Counted from the stretch's first letter, positions 8,934 to 17,205 are shown. The stretch: DNA of 32,000 bases from Psychrobacter cryohalolentis K5 (GCF_000013905.1 NC_007969.1:2010001-2042000), one strand, 5' to 3'. Numbers and translations are program-made. Notes: generated by a model not told the origin, from the letters alone.

Positions 8934-10220
8934 ATGGCGTTAATAGTACAAAAATATGGCGGCACCTCGATGGGCAGTATCGACCGCATCAAAAACGTCG
9001 CCAAACGAGTCAAACGCTGGCATGACAATGGTCATCAAGTGGTCGTTGTCGTGTCTGCCATGAGCGGTGAAACCAACCGTTTGATTGATTTAGCACGCCA
9101 AATCAGTAGCCAGCCCGATCCTCGCGAATATGACCAAATGGTCTCAACCGGCGAGCAGGTGTCTATCTCACTGCTTGCCATGGCGATTAAAGAGTTGGGT
9201 ATCGGTGCACGTTCATTTACCGGTCGTCAAGTCGCTATTAAAACCGATAATGCTCACAATAAAGCGCGTATTGAAAGTATCGATGATAAAAACATTCGTG
9301 AGCAGCTAGATGCTGGTAACGTCGTTATTGTCGCAGGCTTCCAAGGTATCGACGAAGAAGGCAATGCGACGACGTTAGGGCGCGGCGGATCTGATACGAC
9401 AGGCGTGGCGATTGCCGCGGCTTTAGGCGCGGATGAATGCCAAATCTATACTGATGTCGATGGCGTCTATACCACTGACCCACGCGTCACCTCAAAAGCC
9501 AAAAAACTTGAAAAGATTACTTTTGAAGAAATGCTTGAGATGGCAAGTCTTGGCTCTAAGATTTTACAGATTCGCTCAGTAGAATTTGCTGGCAAATACG
9601 GCGTACCGCTGCGCGTATTATCTAGCTTTGATGAAAACAACGATGGTAGCTTCGACCAAGAATTTCAAGACAATGTCGGCACCCTAATTACGATAGACGA
9701 AGGAGACAATATGGAACAGGCAATCATCTCAGGTATCGCTTTTAATCGAGACGAAGCAAAAATCGTCGTACGCGGTGTCCCTGATCACCCTGGCATTGCT
9801 TCTGCTATCCTTAGCCCTATTGGCCGCGCCAATATCGAAATTGATATGATCGTGCAAAACCTATCTACCAACGGTATGACTGATTTTACTTTTACCGTTA
9901 ATCGTACGGACATGGAAAAAACCATGAAAGTACTAGAAAGCGAAGTCAAAGATGAAATCGGTGCTAAAGAAATATTGGCCAATGATGAAGTGGTTAAAGT
10001 CTCATTGGTCGGCGTCGGCATGCGCTCGCACGCAGGTGTTGCTAGTCTTATGTTCCAAACCCTTGCGGAAAACAACATCAATATTCAAATGATATCGACC
10101 AGTGAAATCAAGGTATCTGTTCTTATCCAAGAGCAGTATCTGGAAAAAGCGGTAAGATCACTGCATACGGCCTTTGGTCTTGATCGTGAAGATGGTGAAA
10201 GCAAAATCGCTGGTTTATAA
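8934..10220 (+). CDS. lysC: aspartate kinase (two C-terminal ACT domains, alpha/beta type)
   Basis: N-terminus MALIVQKYGGTSMGS, and the motifs VVVVSAMSGETNRL and GRGGSDTT, are present, with two ACT repeats at the C-terminus. The alaS-lysC-csrA order is typical of Pseudomonadales. An internal in-frame ATG at 9711 has a strong SD (see findings). Confidence 0.95.
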   Translation: MALIVQKYGGTSMGSIDRIKNVAKRVKRWHDNGHQVVVVVSAMSGETNRLIDLARQISSQPDPREYDQMVSTGEQVSISLLAMAIKELGIGARSFTGRQVAIKTDNAHNKARIESIDDKNIREQLDAGNVVIVAGFQGIDEEGNATTLGRGGSDTTGVAIAAALGADECQIYTDVDGVYTTDPRVTSKAKKLEKITFEEMLEMASLGSKILQIRSVEFAGKYGVPLRVLSSFDENNDGSFDQEFQDNVGTLITIDEGDNMEQAIISGIAFNRDEAKIVVRGVPDHPGIASAILSPIGRANIEIDMIVQNLSTNGMTDFTFTVNRTDMEKTMKVLESEVKDEIGAKEILANDEVVKVSLVGVGMRSHAGVASLMFQTLAENNINIQMISTSEIKVSVLIQEQYLEKAVRSLHTAFGLDREDGESKIAGL

Positions 10221-10320
10221 GAATAAGCATATAAATACTTTACTAAAGCCGTATAAAAATAATAGGCTTTAGTATTTATTCAATAAACTGCGATTTATTA
10301 TTTTCAATAATACTTAATTA

Positions 10321-10355
10321 AATAGGGTCTTATTAAGACCCTATTTTCTTTTTTT
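10321..10355 (+). terminator. rho-independent terminator of lysC
   Basis: Perfect 11-bp stem AATAGGGTCTT (10321-10331) pairs with AAGACCCTATT (10335-10345) around a 3-nt loop. It is followed by TTCTTTTTTT. Confidence 0.85.
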
Positions 10356-10400
10356 ATTATTGCTGAGGTTATTATAAAACCAATAGTTTTGTGAAAACCC

Positions 10401-10429
10401 GTGACAGTATCTGTTATGCCCCCTATAAT
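10401..10429 (+). promoter_or_regulatory. sigma70-type promoter for csrA (GTGACA-17 nt-TATAAT)
   Basis: -35 GTGACA is at 10401-10406, followed by exactly 17 nt of spacer and -10 TATAAT at 10424-10429. This implies a leader of about 190 nt before the csrA ATG. Confidence 0.55.
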
Positions 10430-10624
10430 GAGAGTTTCATTTGGGCTAAATGAATTTATCTATCATTATCGCTATTAGCATCCTATTTTGGGTAAAATCT
10501 ATAAAACAATGTTTATGACATTTACTTTATAACAGCTGCCTATTTTGTGCAGCGATAATGTCCTGTAATTGAGACGCAATCTGATGAGTAATAATCTGTT
10601 GATGCGACATAAGGAGTGTGACGC

Positions 10625-10870
10625 ATGTTAATTTTGACACGCCGCGTGGGCGAAACGCTAATGATTGGCGACGAGGTCAGTGTGACTGTCCTAGGTGTCA
10701 AAGGCAATCAAGTACGTATCGGCGTTGATGCGCCAAAAGATATTGCCGTACACCGCGAAGAGATTTATCAGCGCATTCAACATGAGCGCACGGTACAGTC
10801 GCAAATGCAGCATCTTGAGCAAGGCAGCTTTGCGCCTTCATTTGATGATGAAGACTATTTTAATCGCTAA
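10625..10870 (+). CDS. csrA: carbon storage regulator CsrA (translational regulator) with C-terminal extension
   Basis: [52 protein letters not shown] is nearly identical to canonical CsrA/RsmA. SD AAGGAG lies upstream. At 81 aa it is longer than the 61 aa of E. coli CsrA. Confidence 0.97.
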   Translation: MLILTRRVGETLMIGDEVSVTVLGVKGNQVRIGVDAPKDIAVHREEIYQRIQHERTVQSQMQHLEQGSFAPSFDDEDYFNR

Positions 10871-10962
10871 CCTGTTAGCTTCATATCCAACTATCAATAA
10901 TCATTAAGCTTGTATCAAGCATGCTAGTTTTGGCTTTTTAACAGCTTTGAGGTCATTTATTT

Positions 10963-11337
10963 ATGAGTATCCGCCAATCAGATGTATCGGCTCTACTTAA
11001 TGGTTTGAATAAAAAAGCCATTGGATTCAATGATGTCATCAGTTTTATTGATGATTTTTATCGTTATGCGCCAGCGCCTTTTGTGAATGGCATGGCACAT
11101 AATGCTGCTGGTGAAAACGAAGGCAGCGCCAAGATTTTTGGTTTTGCAAAGCATCACGGCTTAAATCAATTAGATACGCTAAAGTTGTTTGGTGAGCATT
11201 ACCAAACAGTTCAAGCGACGCCTAAAGGAGTTGATCATCCCAATATTCGCAATTTTTTACATTGGGGCTGGCAAGGTTTTTTAATGGAGAAGAATCCATT
11301 AACACTGCGCCCTAGCGTAGATACCAGCACGCTTTAA
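10963..11337 (+). CDS. HopJ-family protein (type III effector HopJ-like domain, function unknown)
   Basis: 124-aa ORF. The pattern F..NG...N..GENEGSAKIFGFAKHHGL....TL.LFGEHY..V...P.G.DH.NIRNF...GW.G matches my memory of the HopJ/HopPmaJ family. The call is by eye only. Confidence 0.6.
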   Translation: MSIRQSDVSALLNGLNKKAIGFNDVISFIDDFYRYAPAPFVNGMAHNAAGENEGSAKIFGFAKHHGLNQLDTLKLFGEHYQTVQATPKGVDHPNIRNFLHWGWQGFLMEKNPLTLRPSVDTSTL

Positions 11338-11360
11338 TGGTTTATGATTGACGATTATAA

Positions 11361-11395
11361 AAAAGCCACACTATGATGATAGCGTGGCTTTTTTT
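11361..11395. terminator. bidirectional rho-independent terminator (HopJ-like gene / DUF1315 gene)
   Basis: Stem GCCACACTAT (11365-11374) pairs with ATAGCGTGGC (11379-11388) with 1 mismatch and loop GATG. An A-run lies 5' and a T-run (11389-11395) lies 3'. It sits between convergent genes. Confidence 0.8.
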
Positions 11396-11432
11396 ATGCT
11401 TCATTTTTTATCAGTGCATTTAGATAGTAAGT

Positions 11433-11744
11433 CTATTTATCACGAAACTTCACGGGCTGTACTGCGCCTTTCGGATTTGGCATATTGGGATAATGATGTT
11501 CATGTTCAACATCACATTCAGCGCCAACGACCGAACCATCTTCTCTGACCGGCTTATGAATATAACCAGTTCGCTCAGCAGGCGCCAGATGTTCATGTTC
11601 CCATACCATCACGGCTTGCATACAGGTCTCGCGCTGCTCAGCAGTCAGCTTACGACCGTCTTGCCATTTGCCAAGCTCAATTGCCATACGAAATTTATCG
11701 ACCACTTCAGGTGTTAGGCTTGCTAATATCGTTTGTTTGTCCAT
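11433..11744 (-). CDS. YeaC/DUF1315-family protein
   Basis: 103-aa ORF. The N-terminal segment LTPEVVDKFRMAIELGKWQDGRKLTAEQRETCMQAVMVWE parallels E. coli YeaC (MTPEVYQRLSTAVELGKWPDG..LT.EQKE.CLQLVMLW). It lies 54 bp downstream of nadK on the same strand. Confidence 0.7.
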   Translation of the reverse strand: MDKQTILASLTPEVVDKFRMAIELGKWQDGRKLTAEQRETCMQAVMVWEHEHLAPAERTGYIHKPVREDGSVVGAECDVEHEHHYPNMPNPKGAVQPVKFRDK

Positions 11745-11798
11745 CGTGCCTACTCTCCACTACTATTTTTATATCACATTTTTGTCTAATAAAGACGC

Positions 11799-12818
11799 TT
11801 ATTCATCGTCCATGATATCATCATCAGCGTCGAGACTGAATTCCTCAGCATGCACATTCCAGTGTAACTTCGTCCGGCACGCTTCATAAAAGTCAAACCC
11901 TGGCGGATGTAGCAAGGTTAATTTATCCGGGTGCTTACGAATATATAGACGCTGCTCTTGTTCAAGCGGCGTGCTTGGTTTACCGTCAGCACTGACCATC
12001 GGTTGGGTGCGGTTGTCCTCATGAATACGAATACAAATCTCGCTGGTGCCACTGACCACAATAGGGCGACTTGACAGCGTGTGCGGGTGCATAGGCACCA
12101 AACATATGGCATCCATGCTTGGATGTATAATAGGACCACCACCAGAGAGCGCATAAGCTGTCGAGCCCGTCGGTGTCGCTACGATGAGACCATCACTGTG
12201 CTGCCGATAAACATCATGCCCATCGATTTTCATCTGAAAATCAATCATATGGACAGACTTACCAGCGTGCAACACGATATCATTGAGTGCCATGTCTTCA
12301 TGAATAATCTTACGACCTTCACGAATCTCCATTGTGAGTAAAAATCTATGGTCTAACTGATAATCGCCCATCAGTACTTGGCGCAATTTAAACGCCGCTT
12401 CATCAGGTTTGACATCGGCTAAAAAACCAAGGCGGCCACGGTTAACCCCCAAGACAGGTACACGATAGCGCGCTAGTGCTTCGGCAGCATGGAGTATAGA
12501 ACCATCACCGCCAACCACAATGACCAAATCACAAATCTCACCGATAAGGCTACGCTTAACAATTTTGACCCTCTCAATATCAGTGAGATTCAGAGTTGGC
12601 AAGTTAGCAGTTTGCACATCCATAATCAACGTAAGATTCATATCGTTAATTATTTGGGCAATCTGCCCAAGACTTTGGGTTACGCTGCGCTTTCCAGCAC
12701 GACCCATCAAGCCAATACGGCGAAAAGCTGGATTTTTGATAGCGTGGAACAGCTCTGATTCATGTAGGTGCGGCAATCTTGCGGACTGCGCTGAGGTTTC
12801 CATAAAACGACTCGGCAT
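11799..12818 (-). CDS. nadK: NAD+ kinase
   Basis: The GGDG motif (VIVVGGDGSILHAA), and the motifs GVNRGRLGFL and PTGSTAYALSGGGPI, are present. The N-terminal extension makes the exact start uncertain; an alternative is Met6 at 12803. Confidence 0.93.
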   Translation of the reverse strand: MPSRFMETSAQSARLPHLHESELFHAIKNPAFRRIGLMGRAGKRSVTQSLGQIAQIINDMNLTLIMDVQTANLPTLNLTDIERVKIVKRSLIGEICDLVIVVGGDGSILHAAEALARYRVPVLGVNRGRLGFLADVKPDEAAFKLRQVLMGDYQLDHRFLLTMEIREGRKIIHEDMALNDIVLHAGKSVHMIDFQMKIDGHDVYRQHSDGLIVATPTGSTAYALSGGGPIIHPSMDAICLVPMHPHTLSSRPIVVSGTSEICIRIHEDNRTQPMVSADGKPSTPLEQEQRLYIRKHPDKLTLLHPPGFDFYEACRTKLHWNVHAEEFSLDADDDIMDDE

Positions 12819-13030
12819 GATGGTAAATTACAGAGTAATGATAACGAGAAATGGGCGATTAGACTAGCCTGTTTATCAATTATCGTTGTTAACGGTCGTA
12901 ATTGACCCCATATAAAAGCCAACATGCGCTGTTTCGGGCGTATGTATTTAGCTATTTGATATCGCTGTGTATAGAAGCGAAATCGACTCAATAGTTGCGC
13001 AAAGCCTTATACGCTGTCACGTAAACACCG

Positions 13031-13058
13031 TTGACAATAATGGCGATTTTGCTAAAGT
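13031..13058 (+). promoter_or_regulatory. sigma70-type promoter for the BI-1/YccA-family gene (TTGACA-16 nt-TAAAGT)
   Basis: Consensus -35 TTGACA is at 13031-13036, followed by a 16-nt spacer and TAAAGT at 13053-13058. It lies about 40 nt upstream of the SD GAGGA and the ATG at 13101. Confidence 0.5.
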
Positions 13059-13100
13059 AGCTGACATAACTATTATTTATATTTTATTGAGGACAACTTT

Positions 13101-13823
13101 ATGGCCAATCCTATTGTCAGTCGCGCAGAGCTTGCCGTCGGCGGTGCGCCGATGACAGTGAAGGGCGTGATTCAAAAAACCAGTTTATTGCTTGGCTTAT
13201 CGGCGATTACTGGTATTGGATTTTTCTTTTATGCGTTGATGGCAGGTTTATCACAAGGTTTTATCACGATGGCAGCCTTCGGTAGTATGTTTGCTGCTTT
13301 CGGCTTAGCGATTTTCATTACCTTTAAACCGCAAAAAGCTAAGACGCTTGCCGTCCCATATGCACTTTTGGAAGGTATATTCTTAGGTGGTATTTCCCTG
13401 TTTTTCATGAGAATGTACCCAAGTGTACCAGTCACTGCAATGTGTGCAACCTTTGTAACAGCAGCGGTTATGCTAGGGCTATATCGCTCAGGCTTGGTTA
13501 AAGTGACTGAAAAGTTCCGTTCAATCGTCACCTCAGCCTTGATCGCTATCATGCTAGTTTATGTGGCGCAGTGGGTACTTTCTTTAGCCTTTGGTTCAAG
13601 CTTGCCTTTCTTGTTTGAAGGTGGCGCTATCGCTATTGGTTTTAGCTTATTTGTGATTGTTATCGCCTCTTTTACGCTTTTATTAGACTTTGATAATATC
13701 GAGCGTGGTGTGGCAATGGGTGTGTCAGAAGACTACGAATGGTTATTCAGTATTGGTCTTCTTGCAACGCTAGTGTGGATGTATATCGAATTTATGCGTC
13801 TATTAAGCTATCTACAAGATTAG
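13101..13823 (+). CDS. Bax inhibitor-1/YccA-family integral membrane protein (BaxI_1-like)
   Basis: 240-aa polytopic membrane ORF with about 7 hydrophobic segments. The N-terminus MANPIVSR....MTVKGVIQKTSLLLGL is typical of the bacterial BaxI_1 family. SD GAGGA lies 7 nt upstream. Confidence 0.75.
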   Translation: MANPIVSRAELAVGGAPMTVKGVIQKTSLLLGLSAITGIGFFFYALMAGLSQGFITMAAFGSMFAAFGLAIFITFKPQKAKTLAVPYALLEGIFLGGISLFFMRMYPSVPVTAMCATFVTAAVMLGLYRSGLVKVTEKFRSIVTSALIAIMLVYVAQWVLSLAFGSSLPFLFEGGAIAIGFSLFVIVIASFTLLLDFDNIERGVAMGVSEDYEWLFSIGLLATLVWMYIEFMRLLSYLQD

Positions 13824-13852
13824 TCAATTAGCTGTTCGATAGTCATTGAAAT

Positions 13853-13885
13853 AAAAAAACCGTCTTTTATAAAGACGGTTTTTTT
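13853..13885. terminator. bidirectional rho-independent terminator (BI-1-like gene / P-type ATPase gene)
   Basis: Stem CCGTCTTT (13860-13867) pairs with AAAGACGG (13871-13878) around a 3-nt loop. It is flanked by A7 on the 5' side and T7 on the 3' side. Confidence 0.85.
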
Positions 13886-13933
13886 ATGGGTAATCTACAG
13901 AGATTTTTTTAAATGAGTTTAAGCTGGTTTAAA

Positions 13934-16828
13934 CTAAGCACGCTTTAGACGCAGGGCATTTAATACGACAAATAATGAGCTTAGTGACATGCCAATAGCA
14001 GCTAGCCAAGGTGGCACATAACCCAAAGCTGCTGGTATCAATACACTACCATTATAAATAAGTGCCCAGCGCAAGTTTTGTTTGATAATGCGCTTGGTTT
14101 TATCAGCGATACGTTTCGCTGCAATAATAGCTTCGATTTGTCCATTTAGGATAATACTGTCACTAGATACTTGCGCCAAATCTGCTGCACCGGCAATCGA
14201 GGTTGAAACGTCTGCCGCTGCCAATACTGGCGCATCATTAATACCATCACCAACCATCAATATCACTGCACCTTGAGCTTGTAGCTGTTGAATATGTTTG
14301 ACCTTGTCCATTGGTGATAGACCGTTATACGCAGACTGCATACCCAAATTTTCAGCCATTACCAAGGCTTGCGGACTTGGGTCACCTGTGAGCATGACAG
14401 GCTCGATACCTAGTGCTTTCAAGCTATCCAGCATAGATTGAGCGCTATCACGTACCTTATCATTAAAATAAAAACATGCCAGTGCTTGCCAGCTTGCTGA
14501 TTTATCCTTTTGACAAGATAAGACTACCGCTGAGCTGGCGCGCTCGGCAACTAGATCAATCATTAAATCGTTATCTGCATTGGTAACATTATTCATTTTG
14601 TCTAAAGAAAAATCTACATGACCAATACGATATAGCATACCATCCATCATTGCTTCAACGCCACCTGCTGGATGATGCTGTAAAGCTTGTGTCGCTGGCA
14701 GATGCAGTTGATATGCGGCGGTCAGTAGTGCATGAGCAATAGGATGACGACTGCCCACCTCTAACGCTGCCGCAATAGCTAATACATTGTCTCTTTGCTC
14801 ATCTGCCTTTGTGATGACACTTGTATCAGTAAGTAGCTTAACGTTTAATAAATTGGGTTTACCATAGGTCAAGGTTCCCGTTTTATCAAATGCCACATGG
14901 GTAATTTCAGCAAGCGTTTGTAGGGTATGCCCGCGCGTCGTCAAAAACCCATAGCTGGCCAATCGATTGGTCGATACAGTAAGCGCAATTGGTGTCGCTA
15001 AAGACAGCGCACAAGGACATGTCGCGACCAATACCGCCACCGTTGCCCAAATCGCTTGGCTTGGATCCACGATATACCAGCCGATAAATACCAAGACAGA
15101 CAATACTAAAATACGCGCAACAAACCAACGTGCTAGCTTATCTGCTTGCTGGGCGAGTTTTGGCTTTTCACTCATTGCCCGATTCATTAGCCTGTCAATC
15201 AAACCGATTTGGCTGTCTTCTGGTAGCGCTGTGACCAACATCTCAAATGGTTGGCTGTCGTTTTGTGCACCGCCGACGATATAGTTGCCTTGGGTCTTAG
15301 TGATTAAATCACCTTCACCTGTCAGTAGGCTTTGAGAAACTGTGGCGGTTGAACTGAGCAAGATACCATCACTGATAATCTCAGAACCTGCCTCAACCAT
15401 GATGATGTCGCCCACTTGCAAGCTATGAGCGGTCACCATCTGCTTTTCTTTTGCCTCATCGTTTGTATTTGAGACAGTTAATCGTTGCTGACGAGTCTGC
15501 TGCCATTCTTGAGCAATACGTGATGTTAACTGATAGACATTAGCATCCATACTTTGCGTAAAATTAGGCGTAGCACTCACTGTATTTTGACTATTTACCT
15601 CATTACCAACTACGGTAACAGCCCCATTAACAGCTCTATCATCAAGCTTATTAACAGACTCTTCGCTTTCTTGTTTAAGCGCATTTTTCTGAACGCTATT
15701 TTGTTCTAATAGCTGCAAAACACTTGTAGCAGAGTCTTTGTCTTCAGCAATTTTCTGTACCAATACTGGCTCAACTACCACCAAATCGTTTGCCATAGTT
15801 GCCGCTTTTAGGCGCGCATTGTGCTCAATATAACGACCTGCCAGCAAGAAGAAAATAAACATACTGACTGAGTCGTAATAGGTCTCCCCTTGTCCAGTAA
15901 TGGTGGCAAATAGACTGGCAAAAAATGTGACAATCAAGGCAATACTAACGGGCACGTCCATATTGACTTGGCGAGCACGAATCGCTGACCATGCTGACGT
16001 AAAAAATGGTACACCGGCATAAAAGAATACTGGCGTACTGACGAATAAAGACACCCAACGCAAAAAATCGCGCTGAAATATCAGCATATCGCTATATTCA
16101 CCGAAATAAATTGCCACGGCATACATCATCGCTTGCATTGAGCCGAGTGCCGCGATGCCAAGCCTTATTAGCATTTGATTGTTATGACGTGCTAGCATGG
16201 CTTCGTGGGTATCTTGCCGATAAGGCTTGGCTTCATAGCCAATTTCATTGATAACCGCAAGAATCCGGCTAATCGGTAGCTTGGTTTCATCCCAAATTAC
16301 CCGCATGCGTTGATTGGTCAAATTAACCTGACATTTACTGATGCCATCTAACTCATCAAGTCGCGATTCAATCAACCACGTACAAGCAGCGCAGCGCAGA
16401 TTATTGACAGACAACTCTGCTACCGACATACCGTCTTGGGCGTAGACAAACTGTGATTTTATTTCATCATGATCATAAGCTTCAAGGCGGGTCATCTGAA
16501 CGGGTAAGCTTGCCGTACGGTTAATCTCCGAGCGATCAAGATAATATTGCTCAAGCCCCGCTTCCACGATACTTTGTGAAGCTAACTGGCAGCCCATACA
16601 ACACATCTCACGCGATTTACCTAATATATCAGTATGAAACGGCGGCTGCGGCACGCGATCACCGCAATGAAAGCAATGACCCGCCAGCGGCAATACCAGA
16701 CCGTCAATAATAGAATTGTCTTGACAATGAGTATTGGTTTTTGATGACCTTGGTAATGTCGGTGATGTTGGCGGCATAGGAGATGGAATACTGGACATAA
16801 TCGCACTTATTTCCTTTAGACAGAACAT
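13934..16828 (-). CDS. heavy-metal (Cu-type) P1B-ATPase, FixI/CcoI-like architecture
   Basis: It carries DKTGTLT (phosphorylation site), the CPC motif in ATCPCALSLATP, the GDGINDAP hinge, an N-terminal Cys-rich cation-ATPase metal-binding domain (CFHCGD...CCMGC) and an HMA-like domain (RCAAC). An alternative start is Met11 at 16798, with AAGGAA 12 nt upstream. Confidence 0.92.
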   Translation of the reverse strand: MFCLKEISAIMSSIPSPMPPTSPTLPRSSKTNTHCQDNSIIDGLVLPLAGHCFHCGDRVPQPPFHTDILGKSREMCCMGCQLASQSIVEAGLEQYYLDRSEINRTASLPVQMTRLEAYDHDEIKSQFVYAQDGMSVAELSVNNLRCAACTWLIESRLDELDGISKCQVNLTNQRMRVIWDETKLPISRILAVINEIGYEAKPYRQDTHEAMLARHNNQMLIRLGIAALGSMQAMMYAVAIYFGEYSDMLIFQRDFLRWVSLFVSTPVFFYAGVPFFTSAWSAIRARQVNMDVPVSIALIVTFFASLFATITGQGETYYDSVSMFIFFLLAGRYIEHNARLKAATMANDLVVVEPVLVQKIAEDKDSATSVLQLLEQNSVQKNALKQESEESVNKLDDRAVNGAVTVVGNEVNSQNTVSATPNFTQSMDANVYQLTSRIAQEWQQTRQQRLTVSNTNDEAKEKQMVTAHSLQVGDIIMVEAGSEIISDGILLSSTATVSQSLLTGEGDLITKTQGNYIVGGAQNDSQPFEMLVTALPEDSQIGLIDRLMNRAMSEKPKLAQQADKLARWFVARILVLSVLVFIGWYIVDPSQAIWATVAVLVATCPCALSLATPIALTVSTNRLASYGFLTTRGHTLQTLAEITHVAFDKTGTLTYGKPNLLNVKLLTDTSVITKADEQRDNVLAIAAALEVGSRHPIAHALLTAAYQLHLPATQALQHHPAGGVEAMMDGMLYRIGHVDFSLDKMNNVTNADNDLMIDLVAERASSAVVLSCQKDKSASWQALACFYFNDKVRDSAQSMLDSLKALGIEPVMLTGDPSPQALVMAENLGMQSAYNGLSPMDKVKHIQQLQAQGAVILMVGDGINDAPVLAAADVSTSIAGAADLAQVSSDSIILNGQIEAIIAAKRIADKTKRIIKQNLRWALIYNGSVLIPAALGYVPPWLAAIGMSLSSLFVVLNALRLKRA

Positions 16829-17205
16829 TGAGTAAATAGCTTTAAATCAAGGCTCTATCATCTGATCTACTCGATATCGAGAAAACCATTATGTTTGATG
16901 TATATTGGTTAACTGACTACTATATTTGGGGCTACGCGACATTGATGGTTATGCTTATTTAAAATAGTGAGTGTTAATGCAAACCATTACTCTTATTCAA
17001 AATTGAGACAGTGTTACGACAATAAGAGGTGGCGGATACTTTCAAATAACCATCATTGCTTTTATAAAGATTATACTATAAGCACAGGCTCTCAGCAGTA
17101 TAACTCCTGAGCGCTGAGAGCAAATGAATGCCTGCGTTGATGATGATAGATTGAAAAATTTGTCAATTTGCGTCATTATGAGGCAGTTTTTCATCCCAAA
17201 ATGGT

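Noticed and set aside
10871-10962. tRNA genes downstream of csrA (present in enterics), and any tRNA, rRNA or tmRNA elsewhere in the window
   Set aside because: I saw no cloverleaf-compatible sequence or T-loop GGTTCGAATCC-type motif in any intergenic region.
11361-11395. Similarity between two bidirectional terminators (11361-11395 and 25459-25494: AAAAAAGCCAC..TATGAT..GTGGCTTTTTT), considered as a dispersed repeat family
   Set aside because: The shared parts are only the A-run, a 5-bp GC clamp and the T-run, which any compact bidirectional terminator needs. The inner stems and loops differ. Two copies are insufficient to call a repeat family.
12834-12852. Fur-box-like AGTAATGATAACGAGAAAT in the nadK / BI-1 intergenic region
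   Set aside because: It matches the GATAATGATAATCATTATC consensus at only about 11 of 19 positions, and only one half-site is convincing. This is easily produced by AT-rich sequence.
16891-16962. 23-codon hydrophobic ORF (MFDVYWLTDYYIWGYATLMVMLI) between the ATPase gene and mrcB, considered as a CcoS-like or small membrane peptide
   Set aside because: It has no Shine-Dalgarno and no resemblance to CcoS. It is on the opposite strand from the ATPase gene. There is no supporting evidence.
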